DNA from: a virus
Lineage: Duplodnaviria; Caudoviricetes
Strand: one strand, 5' to 3'
Length of the DNA stretch: 64,000 nt
Virus record (IMG/VR): IMGVR_UViG_3300011616_000006
Location: 32,001 to 96,000 of that record
Made by a program: the position numbers and the translations under genes. How positions within the stretch are numbered: position 1 is the first letter of the stretch; each line of letters begins with the position of its first letter. Below the pieces are notes generated by a model. The model searched no databases. It was given only the letters and a program-made list of their open reading frames with translations, and was not told where the DNA came from. This document shows positions 1-7,976 of the stretch, piece after piece.

Positions 1-1187
1 CCGTTGATAAGGTACAAATCCCCACCCTCCTCCTCTGAAATACGGTTCATATTTTCAAGCTCCCGGATATCGTTTGCTGACAGCCAGCCGTTCTGCCGGC
101 CGGTTGCATATCCAGTCATACGACTTTGATAATCACCTCTAAGCAGACCATCTAAATTGAACTTTACGAACACTGACGATTTCTCCGATGGAAGAATCAA
201 CGATTGCTGTAAACTCTGCTCCCAGCGCACCACCCAAGGGTCAAGTGTGTATTTCACGAACTCCAACGACTGCTGCTCAATGTTGCTGAAACTGGATTTA
301 TCAAGGTCGGCAAGCATATGAGGCGGCACTCTGAAAATACGGGCAATCTCATTAATTTGAAATTTCCGTGTTTCAAGGAATTGTGCCTGCTCCGGAGGGA
401 TACCAATGCTTTGATACTTCATTCCCTCTTCCAACACAGCCACACGATGCTGTTTTCCGTTACCTTGATAGGCAGCATTCCATGATTCCTTAACCTTCTG
501 CGGGTCCTTAATGACACCGGGATGCTCCAATACACCGCCGGGATTTGCACCATTGGCAAAGAAGGTCGCACCGTATTCCTCTGTAGCAAGAGCCATACCA
601 ATAGCATTTTTCGCCATGGCAATCGGACTGTATCCAACAAGACCGTCAAAGCCAAGACCGGGGATATGCAGAACTTCATCTCTCCGCAGCATGACGACTC
701 CATAATCGGGACTTAATTTACTCTCACCACTGTCACGATAGTAGGTGTAGATGAGTTCTCCGTTTTTTGCTCTGGAAACATCCATCTTGCTGGGGAGCAG
801 CGGATACAGTGAAAGCACCCGCCCTCTGCCATCACGGATAATCTGTGCGTAGGCATTTCCCCATAATAAAAGATGACTCATCAGTGTTTCTCTGAACACA
901 AATGAAGTCATCTCTGGGTTTGGCTCATCATGGAGCAGATAATACAGCGGGTGGTTTGTGATCCTCTCTTTTCCGCCATCACTGCGATACTGGTAAACAT
1001 GAAGTGGCAGTCCAGCGACCGCCTCACCGAGTATACGCACACAGGCATACACTGCTGTGGTCTGCATAGCAGTCCGTTCATTAACTGACTTGCCGGAAGT
1101 CGTGCCGCCAAAAAGGAAGTTGAACGAACTCCCGGCTCTGTTCTGTGGCTTATCCCGTGAACGAAATAAGCCTGAAAATATGCTCAT
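1..1187 (-). CDS. HK97-family phage portal protein (3' end outside window)
   Basis: Not in the ORF track. Manual translation gives MSIFSGLFRSRDKP...TAMQTTAVYACVRILGEAVAGLPLHVY; GGAGG SD 9 nt upstream; follows TerL. Confidence 0.93.
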   Translation of the reverse strand, partial: MSIFSGLFRSRDKPQNRAGSSFNFLFGGTTSGKSVNERTAMQTTAVYACVRILGEAVAGLPLHVYQYRSDGGKERITNHPLYYLLHDEPNPEMTSFVFRETLMSHLLLWGNAYAQIIRDGRGRVLSLYPLLPSKMDVSRAKNGELIYTYYRDSGESKLSPDYGVVMLRRDEVLHIPGLGFDGLVGYSPIAMAKNAIGMALATEEYGATFFANGANPGGVLEHPGVIKDPQKVKESWNAAYQGNGKQHRVAVLEEGMKYQSIGIPPEQAQFLETRKFQINEIARIFRVPPHMLADLDKSSFSNIEQQSLEFVKYTLDPWVVRWEQSLQQSLILPSEKSSVFVKFNLDGLLRGDYQSRMTGYATGRQNGWLSANDIRELENMNRISEEEGGDLYLIN

Positions 1188-1192
1188 AAGCA

Positions 1193-1221
1193 TTTACCTC
1201 CATAGAAAAATATTGTATAAT
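1193..1221 (+). promoter_or_regulatory. sigma70-type promoter, antisense to the packaging operon
   Basis: TTTACC-17 nt-TATAAT. Confidence 0.55.
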
Positions 1222-1238
1222 ATAAGGGCATAATTTGT

Positions 1239-1505
1239 ATGTGTCTCTGGGTGGGTGCAATTCCCGCGACTCCCAACATTTTCATCAACTCCATCGTTTC
1301 TAGTGTTACTGCCTTTTGGGTAGGTATCATCAGAGCGATAGCAACTAATGTATTTCCAAAATTAAAGGAGAAGATGCCTATGTTAGTTATTTTTATCGTT
1401 GCTCTGCTTGGCACCGCGGGAGTTACCGTAGTTTGGCAGGGTTGTATAGCAACCAGCAGAGTAACAACCAAAATCCTAAGCCTCTTGGAGGCTTTTTTAT
1501 TATAA
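1239..1505 (+). CDS. Possible small hydrophobic/membrane protein (alternative start 1380)
   Basis: Two hydrophobic stretches; AAGGAG SD before ATG 1380; lies between promoter and terminator, but the stop codon falls just past the U-tract. Confidence 0.35.
   Translation: MCLWVGAIPATPNIFINSIVSSVTAFWVGIIRAIATNVFPKLKEKMPMLVIFIVALLGTAGVTVVWQGCIATSRVTTKILSLLEAFLL
1478..1498 (+). terminator. Intrinsic terminator
   Basis: AAGCCTC-TTG-GAGGCTT followed by a T run. Confidence 0.65.
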
Positions 1506-3101
1506 AATCAATAATCCCCTTTCCGCATAAACACTACCTCCCGTGTCGTTACCACAGCGAATGGAACGGTCAAGCGCCATTATGGTTGCTACGGCACCGT
1601 CAATTTTCTCTGTAGATTTTTCTTTGTCTGGCTTGATGTTGCCGGCCGGGTCACTCTTGATAAAAATGTTATCCATCATCCATCGCAGAACCGGATGACC
1701 GCCGTGTGCCAGTTTTTCTTCCAGTGTCAGCTTCATTAGTTCCTTAGTCGGTGGAGACATATCCTTAAATCCCTGCCCAAAGGGAACAACAGTGAATCCC
1801 AATCCCTCAAGATTTTGTACCATCTGCACTGCACCCCATCGGTCAAAGGCAATTTCACGAATATTGAACCTTGTGCCAAGTTCCTCTATATATTTTTCGA
1901 TGTAGCCGTAGTGAACGACATTGCCCTCGGTAGTCAGCAGAAATTCTTGCTTTTCCCAAAGGTCATACTGTACATGGTCACGGCGGACACGAAGATCGAT
2001 GTTGTCCTCCGGCATCCAAAAGAAAGGAAGAATCTGATATTTATCCGTTTCATCTTCAGGCGGAAATACCAACACAAAGGCTGTGATATCCGTAGTCGAA
2101 GATAAATCCAAGCCACCATAACAGACACGACCTTCCAACGATTCTGGAGAAACGGGGAAGGCACAGGCATCCCACTTTGCCATCTGCATCCAGCGGACAG
2201 CTTGCTTTACCCATTGATTCAAACGAAGCTGACGAAAGCTGTTCTCTTCAGCAGGATTCTGCTTTGCTGATTCACAGGCCGCCTCTACCTTATCAATACC
2301 CACTGTGATGTTCAGTGAGGGGTTTGCTTTCTGCCAGACCTTTGGGTCCGTCCAGTCGTCCTCTTCTTTTGCACCATAAATCACAGGATAGAAAGTCGGG
2401 TCATGCTTTCGCCCCTCTAAAATATCCAACGCCTTCTGATGAGTTTCATAGCAGATGCTGTTGGTATCGCTGCCGGCCGTAGTGATAAGAAAATACAGCG
2501 GCTGCATTCTCGCATCACCGGAACCCTTGGTCATAACATCAAATAGTTTTCGGTTTGGCTGGGTATGGAGTTCATCAAAGACCACACCGTGTATATTAAA
2601 CCCGTGCTTTGAGTAAGCCTCGGCACTTAGCACCTGATAAAAACTGTTGGTCGGAAGATATATAATTCGCTTGGTGGAGGCAAGGATTTTCACCCTACGG
2701 GATAATGCCGGACACATCCGCACCATATCAGCAGCAACCTCAAAAACAATACTGGCTTGCTGACGGTCAGCGGCACAGCCATACACCTCGGCACGTTCTT
2801 CACCATCTCCGCAGGTGAGAAGTAAGGCCACTGCAGCAGCTAACTCCGACTTGCCTTGTTTTTTGGGGATTTCAATGTAGGCAGTGTTAAATTGGCGGTA
2901 TCCGTTTGGCTTTAACACTCCAAACAAATCCCGGATAATCTGCTCTTGCCAGTCAATAAGAGTGAATGGCTTTCCTGCCCATTTACCCTTGGTATGTGAC
3001 AGAGCCTCAATAAATGCCACGGCATAATCAGCGGCATTACTGTCGTATGCAGAGTCAGCCGACATGAACCTAGTAGGTTTGTATTTATTCAGTTTTCGCA
3101 T
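1500..3101 (-). CDS. Terminase large subunit
   Basis: Walker A IPKKQGKS, Walker B VVFDELH, nuclease GGLDLS and KIDG motifs; start reset to ATG after GGAGG. Confidence 0.97.
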   Translation of the reverse strand: MRKLNKYKPTRFMSADSAYDSNAADYAVAFIEALSHTKGKWAGKPFTLIDWQEQIIRDLFGVLKPNGYRQFNTAYIEIPKKQGKSELAAAVALLLTCGDGEERAEVYGCAADRQQASIVFEVAADMVRMCPALSRRVKILASTKRIIYLPTNSFYQVLSAEAYSKHGFNIHGVVFDELHTQPNRKLFDVMTKGSGDARMQPLYFLITTAGSDTNSICYETHQKALDILEGRKHDPTFYPVIYGAKEEDDWTDPKVWQKANPSLNITVGIDKVEAACESAKQNPAEENSFRQLRLNQWVKQAVRWMQMAKWDACAFPVSPESLEGRVCYGGLDLSSTTDITAFVLVFPPEDETDKYQILPFFWMPEDNIDLRVRRDHVQYDLWEKQEFLLTTEGNVVHYGYIEKYIEELGTRFNIREIAFDRWGAVQMVQNLEGLGFTVVPFGQGFKDMSPPTKELMKLTLEEKLAHGGHPVLRWMMDNIFIKSDPAGNIKPDKEKSTEKIDGAVATIMALDRSIRCGNDTGGSVYAERGLLIL

Positions 3102-3132
3102 ATCAGCCAATCCCTCCTTCTTGATTAATGGC

Positions 3133-3161
3133 AAAAGAAAAGAGCCTCAACAGAAGCTCTT
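3133..3161 (-). terminator. Intrinsic terminator closing the amidoligase/GGCT unit
   Basis: - strand AAGAGCTTC-TGTT-GAGGCTCTT-TTCTTTT. Confidence 0.7.
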
Positions 3162-3181
3162 AAAAGTTATGTGTTTCGTGA

Positions 3182-3385
3182 TTATTCCTGTCCGCAGCGG
3201 TGTATGGTTTCAAGAATTGAATCCTGCTCCGCAGTTCCCACGCCAATACTCTCCAGAGCCTCACGTGTGCCGCAGTCGGGGCAGATAAGCGTTTCATTGT
3301 CCTGTCGGGAAAGGGCAGGCGCACCGCCGTAAATCGCCCCACAACGGGGACAGGTTTTAAGCCTGATTTCATTTGTATTCTTCAT
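3182..3385 (-). CDS. Small zinc-ribbon protein
   Basis: CPRC...CPDC; GGAGG SD before MKNTNE. Confidence 0.75.
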   Translation of the reverse strand: MKNTNEIRLKTCPRCGAIYGGAPALSRQDNETLICPDCGTREALESIGVGTAEQDSILETIHRCGQE

Positions 3386-3845
3386 CGCAATGCCTCCTGC
3401 TGTTTTCCACAGCCGTATATAAAATCTCCTTATCAAATCCGAATGACCGGTAACCCTCAAGGCAGGTTCGCATATAAAAATCGCTCGGTATTCCAAGCGG
3501 TCGCTCCTCGTGCATGATATACACGAAGATACCCCTCACTCTAATTTTTCCGGTTCTGATTCCAGTGATGGGGAGTTTCATTTCTGCCTTGTAATAAAAG
3601 CTGGGGTACCCCTCGTAGCGGTCCAGAGCAAGTTCATCTGATTCTGTTACTTCCCATACTGCAACAGGAACTTGGCATCCGTCTTTTGGCTCAATGGTAA
3701 GATAAGAGCCTGTTTTACTGCCTTTAAAAAGCAGTTCGTAATCGTCAATTATTGATGTTCCGATAATCCTAGCCTGTGGGCATCGCATCCGCATCTGCCG
3801 AATGTTTAGGTTGCTTCCGTAAGCAATGTAATATCTTTTTTTCAT
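3369..3845 (-). CDS. Gamma-glutamylcyclotransferase (AIG2/GGCT-like)
   Basis: YIAYGSNL and LDRYEGYP motifs. Confidence 0.9.
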   Translation of the reverse strand: MKKRYYIAYGSNLNIRQMRMRCPQARIIGTSIIDDYELLFKGSKTGSYLTIEPKDGCQVPVAVWEVTESDELALDRYEGYPSFYYKAEMKLPITGIRTGKIRVRGIFVYIMHEERPLGIPSDFYMRTCLEGYRSFGFDKEILYTAVENSRRHCDEEYK

Positions 3846-3950
3846 AATGGTATCCGTCCTTTCCGAAGGGATCACCCTTCTACCACCTTAAGACCGCCGC
3901 AGCGGTCAAACTGTTTTTAAGGTGGCAGAAGGCTAACTCCTGCGTGTCCT

Positions 3951-4898
3951 TCAAGCGGCTCTGCCGTTTCTAAAGGCTGTGTCGCCTGCTAGTCTTTTTG
4001 TAAGAATTTCTCTTGCTGTCTTGAACTCGTCTCCGATAAATCCAAGCCTTAAAAGCCAAGTCCTCATTGCGTATTTAGGATTTTCATTCTGCTGTGGCTT
4101 TGGGCTGGCTGTGCGTACCGTCTTTGCCATTTGGCTGAGTGCAAGGCAAAGTTGGATGTAGCTTTTTAGCTGTCCGGCATGAAGTCCATTAAGTTTTCCG
4201 TCTGTAGGTGCATCAAACTGGAAAAGTCTAAATTCAATTGTTCCCTTTGTGAAGGTCGCATGGTAGTTGAGCATATGGTATCGGCTATCGTTGTAATGGT
4301 GGTCTCTGCCGTAGTTTGCTCCGTTTGAGGAGTACCAAATGTCTGCCATGGCTGATATGGTTTTCGGTTTTCTTTTGTTGACCTGCTCTAAAAATCTTGG
4401 GTCAACCGTTCTGCAGTAGCGGTTCATCCTGCCTCGGTCAAGGTCAAGAGCATCGGCAATCAAATCCTCGTGGCTTGCCATGATATTTGCAAGGTTTCTC
4501 ATGGTTTGCGGTGTGTGTCCGTTTGCTCCGATGTGGATGTGAACCCCGCACCCTCTGGAGGCATCGCTTTTTGCTCCTGCGTGGCGAAGTTTGCGGATAA
4601 GCTCCTGTAAGGTTTCAATGTCGCTGTAGTTAAGAATCGGTGTAACTAGTTCGCATTTTTCGTTGTCGGGTCCCGCAATGCTGACATCCTTTTGGAATTT
4701 CCACTCCCTGCCGTCTGCGTCCCAAGCCGACCAAGTGCTGTAGCCGTTCCTGCCTGCCGTGTTTTCGTAGCGGTGTGTCCCAAAGAAAGCGGCTGCATGC
4801 CTCGCTGCTTTTTCTCTGCCTATATTATTCATCTCGACCTCAACGCCGATGGTCTGCTTTTTCATTTCTTCAATCTGGTTTGCAATCTTTTCATTCAT
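3951..4898 (-). CDS. Phage amidoligase (Amidoligase_2, COOH-NH2 ligase)
   Basis: GVEVE, ELVTP, CGVHIHIG, RY..LN and TIEFR motifs. Confidence 0.9.
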   Translation of the reverse strand: MNEKIANQIEEMKKQTIGVEVEMNNIGREKAARHAAAFFGTHRYENTAGRNGYSTWSAWDADGREWKFQKDVSIAGPDNEKCELVTPILNYSDIETLQELIRKLRHAGAKSDASRGCGVHIHIGANGHTPQTMRNLANIMASHEDLIADALDLDRGRMNRYCRTVDPRFLEQVNKRKPKTISAMADIWYSSNGANYGRDHHYNDSRYHMLNYHATFTKGTIEFRLFQFDAPTDGKLNGLHAGQLKSYIQLCLALSQMAKTVRTASPKPQQNENPKYAMRTWLLRLGFIGDEFKTAREILTKRLAGDTAFRNGRAA

Positions 4899-4943
4899 CG
4901 TATTTTCCTCCGCTTTCGCTGTGTTTTTCCCTTTCGGTGTGTA

Positions 4944-4973
4944 CATATTCGCTCTTTTCACAGATAATAGCAA
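4944..4973 (-). promoter_or_regulatory. Repeated promoter-like motif, copy 1
   Basis: TTGCTA-17 nt-GAATAT; AGAGCGAATATG identical to copy 2. Confidence 0.65.
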
Positions 4974-5023
4974 TACGATTATTACACAATCATTCGAGTG
5001 GTAAATTGTGTATATTATGGTGG

Positions 5024-5248
5024 TTATTCAGCCACCTTTTTAACAATATCCTCACCATAAACAACATGAAGTCCACTCCCATTATCCCAGTGCACCATAA
5101 TGGATGCAGTATCATCAATGCCCGTTACTGTACCAAACGTTCCAATGGGTGGAGCCTGCGGGTCATTCATTTTCACAAGCTCCACTCTTGTACCCATTGG
5201 ATAGGATTTACGAATACTCTCTACAATTTCTCTACTCGGAAATCTCAT
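5024..5248 (-). CDS. DUF4314-like protein
   Basis: YPMGTRVELVKMNDPQAPPIGTFGTV...VHWDNGSGL. Confidence 0.85.
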   Translation of the reverse strand: MRFPSREIVESIRKSYPMGTRVELVKMNDPQAPPIGTFGTVTGIDDTASIMVHWDNGSGLHVVYGEDIVKKVAE

Positions 5249-5951
5249 TGTCAGCACCTCCCTTAAAAGCCGAAGAACCTTCAAGATTGCGAAGTAATAT
5301 CTTCCGTTCGGCTTTGTACTCATCACCAATGAATCCTAATCGGAGCAGAAAGCAACGGAATGCATATTTTTCATTGCTCACAGGCTTTTCCTTGGCAGTG
5401 ACACGTTTTTGCTCCTTTGCCATATCGCAAAGAGCAGTGATGAATTTGGTGTAGGCTCTTACTAAGGCTGCATCACCCTGCGGGTTAAACCAAGGGAATG
5501 AAACTTTATCCTCCGTTATCTCAATCGGCAAATCAGCCACCCCAAGTGCCTTTTTAATCAATGCCGATTTACTGGTAACCAGCTTGTTAAGATTTTCAAT
5601 AGCTGTGTCAGTAAACCCATCCCTTGGCATTTGAATAACCAAACCATCAATCCCAGTAGTTTCAGTATCTTCCTGCGATTCTTGTTCTCTTGCTGCAAGC
5701 CACTGCTTTCTGATTTTCTCCGAACCTGCGACAATGCCTCGGTCTGCAAGCTGCTCCAGCAGACTTTCAACCTTATCTTCATCTACTCCATCATCAAAGG
5801 AAACTGTGCCGTTTTTGTCAATCGTAAAATCGCCAACTTCATAAGCCGCACTCGGCATTCCGAGGTATTTCGGTTTCAATCCCAAAATCTCGCCCATAGC
5901 TGTAACCAGTGCCTTTCTTTCGCTTCCGGTAACATTGAAATTAATCTTCAT
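5232..5951 (-). CDS. Conserved phage protein (often labelled virulence-related protein)
   Basis: KYLGMPSAAYEVG N-terminus; C-terminal NEKYAFRCFLLRLGFIG; strong SD. Confidence 0.8.
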   Translation of the reverse strand: MKINFNVTGSERKALVTAMGEILGLKPKYLGMPSAAYEVGDFTIDKNGTVSFDDGVDEDKVESLLEQLADRGIVAGSEKIRKQWLAAREQESQEDTETTGIDGLVIQMPRDGFTDTAIENLNKLVTSKSALIKKALGVADLPIEITEDKVSFPWFNPQGDAALVRAYTKFITALCDMAKEQKRVTAKEKPVSNEKYAFRCFLLRLGFIGDEYKAERKILLRNLEGSSAFKGGADNEISE

Positions 5952-5980
5952 AGTGAAATCCTCCTTGTTTTTGGTAGTCA

Positions 5981-6010
5981 CATATTCGCTCTAAAGCTGT
6001 GAAATAGCAA
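5981..6010 (-). promoter_or_regulatory. Repeated promoter-like motif, copy 2
   Basis: TTGCTA-17 nt-GAATAT. Confidence 0.65.
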
Positions 6011-6041
6011 GGAATTTCGCTATAAAACATCTACCTAATTA

Positions 6042-7976
6042 TCAATGGCTGTCTTGTGTACAATACACAATCCCTGCCATAACAAAGCAGACACACGGAA
6101 GTGCGACTCCGTTGCCCCACATCTTGTATTCCGCCGAATCGGTATGAGGGTTTTTCAGCCATTTAATGATCTGATTCCTGCTTCTTGACTTTTTGCCGTT
6201 AATCTTGGCATAGGTATCAAACACCTCTGTCCAGAAAACAATATCCTTTTCGGTCGGCTCTGGTGTTCCTATGTCAGCACACCAATCAGGAGGAAATCCT
6301 TGAAGCAAGGCACACTCAGTCGGTGTCAGCCTGCGGACAAGATATTCCATATCACCCTTATCATTAATCAAGGGAGGGTCTTTATAGTCTGTGGCAACAA
6401 GTGTATTCGCAAGTTCCTCCTCAGCAGAGGTAAAAAAAGATGCTTTGCTTGCACAGTAGGTCGGTTTCGCAACTGCTCCGGGACCTTTGGCAACCACGGT
6501 TGGCTCTAATTCTTCCTCAACCGCAAAATCATATAGAGCATTTTCACCTTGGTTGAAAGCTGCACGGTCAATGCCATAAGCCACTGCATGGCGGTCGGCA
6601 GTATTTAAAGTAAACGCTGTATTTTCATTGATGCCACTGCCTTGGGGGCCGTTCTTTTCCTCTCTACCAATCATAGAACCCTGCACACAAACAGCAATCC
6701 CGCCTTGATTACAAGTAGGATTTCCTCCACCAGCATCCAATGTTCGTGCGGTGTCGGCTTCATAAATTCCGCTATGGGGATTATCCGACTTCATCGCATT
6801 ACTGGCCTGAGAGCAGATGCCATAGGCTTTGACTGCTAATTCATTGCATCGATTCTCGCCAGCATCAAAATTGTTCAGTGTATTGGCGATTTCAGCCTGT
6901 TCCCACTTCTGTCCCTCATTCGTATTGTGGGGACGAGTACCTTTGCGAAATGGCACAAATACCGATTGGTCATTGACGGTGGATAGCGTAGCTGACTGAT
7001 CTTCTTGAATCAACGCACCTTTGCCGCCGCCTTCACAGCCAGAGCGGATTTTCATAGTTAGCGGAACATTTCCACCGCCGGTCCCCATGCTGCTTGATAG
7101 GGTTTGGACAACACCATCATCGCTTATTTTTACTCTACTATCGGCGGCATGATTTTCAATTGCCACTGCGGTTTGATTATCGCCCGGTGCGGCTCTCAAA
7201 GCCCCCGTGTATTCTTCCCAAACATGACCACCTAGCCTTGAGATTGCTCCGGGTTCAAATGCGACTGCCGTTCCAGTGCAATCCGCAGCACCTCCGGCAG
7301 CTCCTTGCCCCGTGCTGAAGCCCTGCGGAGTATACCCTGACAGGCGTTCGAACTCAAATAATACTTTTCCGGCACATTCGCCTGCAAAATCTGCGACAAG
7401 GTAACAGCGACGCCTTCGTTGGGCGACTCCCCAAAATTGCGCGTCAACAGTACGCCATGCGATGGAGTAATTATCTCCCACGATTTCACCTGCAAGAGAC
7501 CATCGGTCTTTTTCTGGCATAGGAATAACATCGGTTTCATTTTTGATTTTTGTAATCTCTGTGAGGACTTGGAGGAAGTCCCTGCCTTTGTTGCTGGAGT
7601 AGGCGCCGGGGACATTCTCCCAGCAGATCCATCTCGGATATTTGCCATTGGTTGCACACCTCATTTCTTTTATAATTCTGACGGCTTCAAAAAATAGCGA
7701 AGACTGTTCACCCTCTAAGCCTTCACGTTTGCCCGCCACTGAAAGGTTGGTACATGGGCTGCCAAAGGTAATGATGTCCACAGGCGGGATTTCTGCCCCA
7801 TTCACGGTGGAAATATCACCTAAGTGCTTTACCTCCGGCAGGCGTTTGGTAGTTACTCGGATAGGGAACGGTTCAATTTCTGATGCCCACAGCGGTTTAA
7901 TGCCATTTAAAATGGCTCCAAGCGGAAAGCCGCCGGAGCCGTCAAATAGTGAACCGAGAGTAAGCTGTTTATTCAT
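6042..7976 (-). CDS. C5-cytosine DNA methyltransferase with greatly expanded variable region
   Basis: Motifs I LFDGSGG, IV GSPC, VI ENVPG, VIII QRRRR, IX RRLTPTECALLQGFP, X YKMWGNGV. Confidence 0.95.
   Translation of the reverse strand: MNKQLTLGSLFDGSGGFPLGAILNGIKPLWASEIEPFPIRVTTKRLPEVKHLGDISTVNGAEIPPVDIITFGSPCTNLSVAGKREGLEGEQSSLFFEAVRIIKEMRCATNGKYPRWICWENVPGAYSSNKGRDFLQVLTEITKIKNETDVIPMPEKDRWSLAGEIVGDNYSIAWRTVDAQFWGVAQRRRRCYLVADFAGECAGKVLFEFERLSGYTPQGFSTGQGAAGGAADCTGTAVAFEPGAISRLGGHVWEEYTGALRAAPGDNQTAVAIENHAADSRVKISDDGVVQTLSSSMGTGGGNVPLTMKIRSGCEGGGKGALIQEDQSATLSTVNDQSVFVPFRKGTRPHNTNEGQKWEQAEIANTLNNFDAGENRCNELAVKAYGICSQASNAMKSDNPHSGIYEADTARTLDAGGGNPTCNQGGIAVCVQGSMIGREEKNGPQGSGINENTAFTLNTADRHAVAYGIDRAAFNQGENALYDFAVEEELEPTVVAKGPGAVAKPTYCASKASFFTSAEEELANTLVATDYKDPPLINDKGDMEYLVRRLTPTECALLQGFPPDWCADIGTPEPTEKDIVFWTEVFDTYAKINGKKSRSRNQIIKWLKNPHTDSAEYKMWGNGVALPCVCFVMAGIVYCTQDSH
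7232..7657 (-). CDS. Alternative-frame ORF nested in the C5 MTase, putative accessory (beta-type) subunit
   Basis: Encodes TLSQILQANVPEKYYLS..ACQGILRRA..RGKELP, resembling the LxxILE..V.EKYYLS segment of C5 MTases; start codon uncertain. Confidence 0.6.
   Translation of the reverse strand: MQPMANIRDGSAGRMSPAPTPATKAGTSSKSSQRLQKSKMKPMLFLCQKKTDGLLQVKSWEIITPSHGVLLTRNFGESPNEGVAVTLSQILQANVPEKYYLSSNACQGILRRASARGKELPEVLRIALERQSHLNPEQSQG

Noticed and set aside
1226-1280. FMN/cobalamin riboswitch or tRNA at GGGTGCAATTCCC
   Set aside because: Only a T-loop hairpin; the other conserved elements and an acceptor partner are missing
1184-1471. 95-aa - strand ORF between terL and portal
   Set aside because: No SD or recognisable domain; promoter and terminator signals point to the + strand
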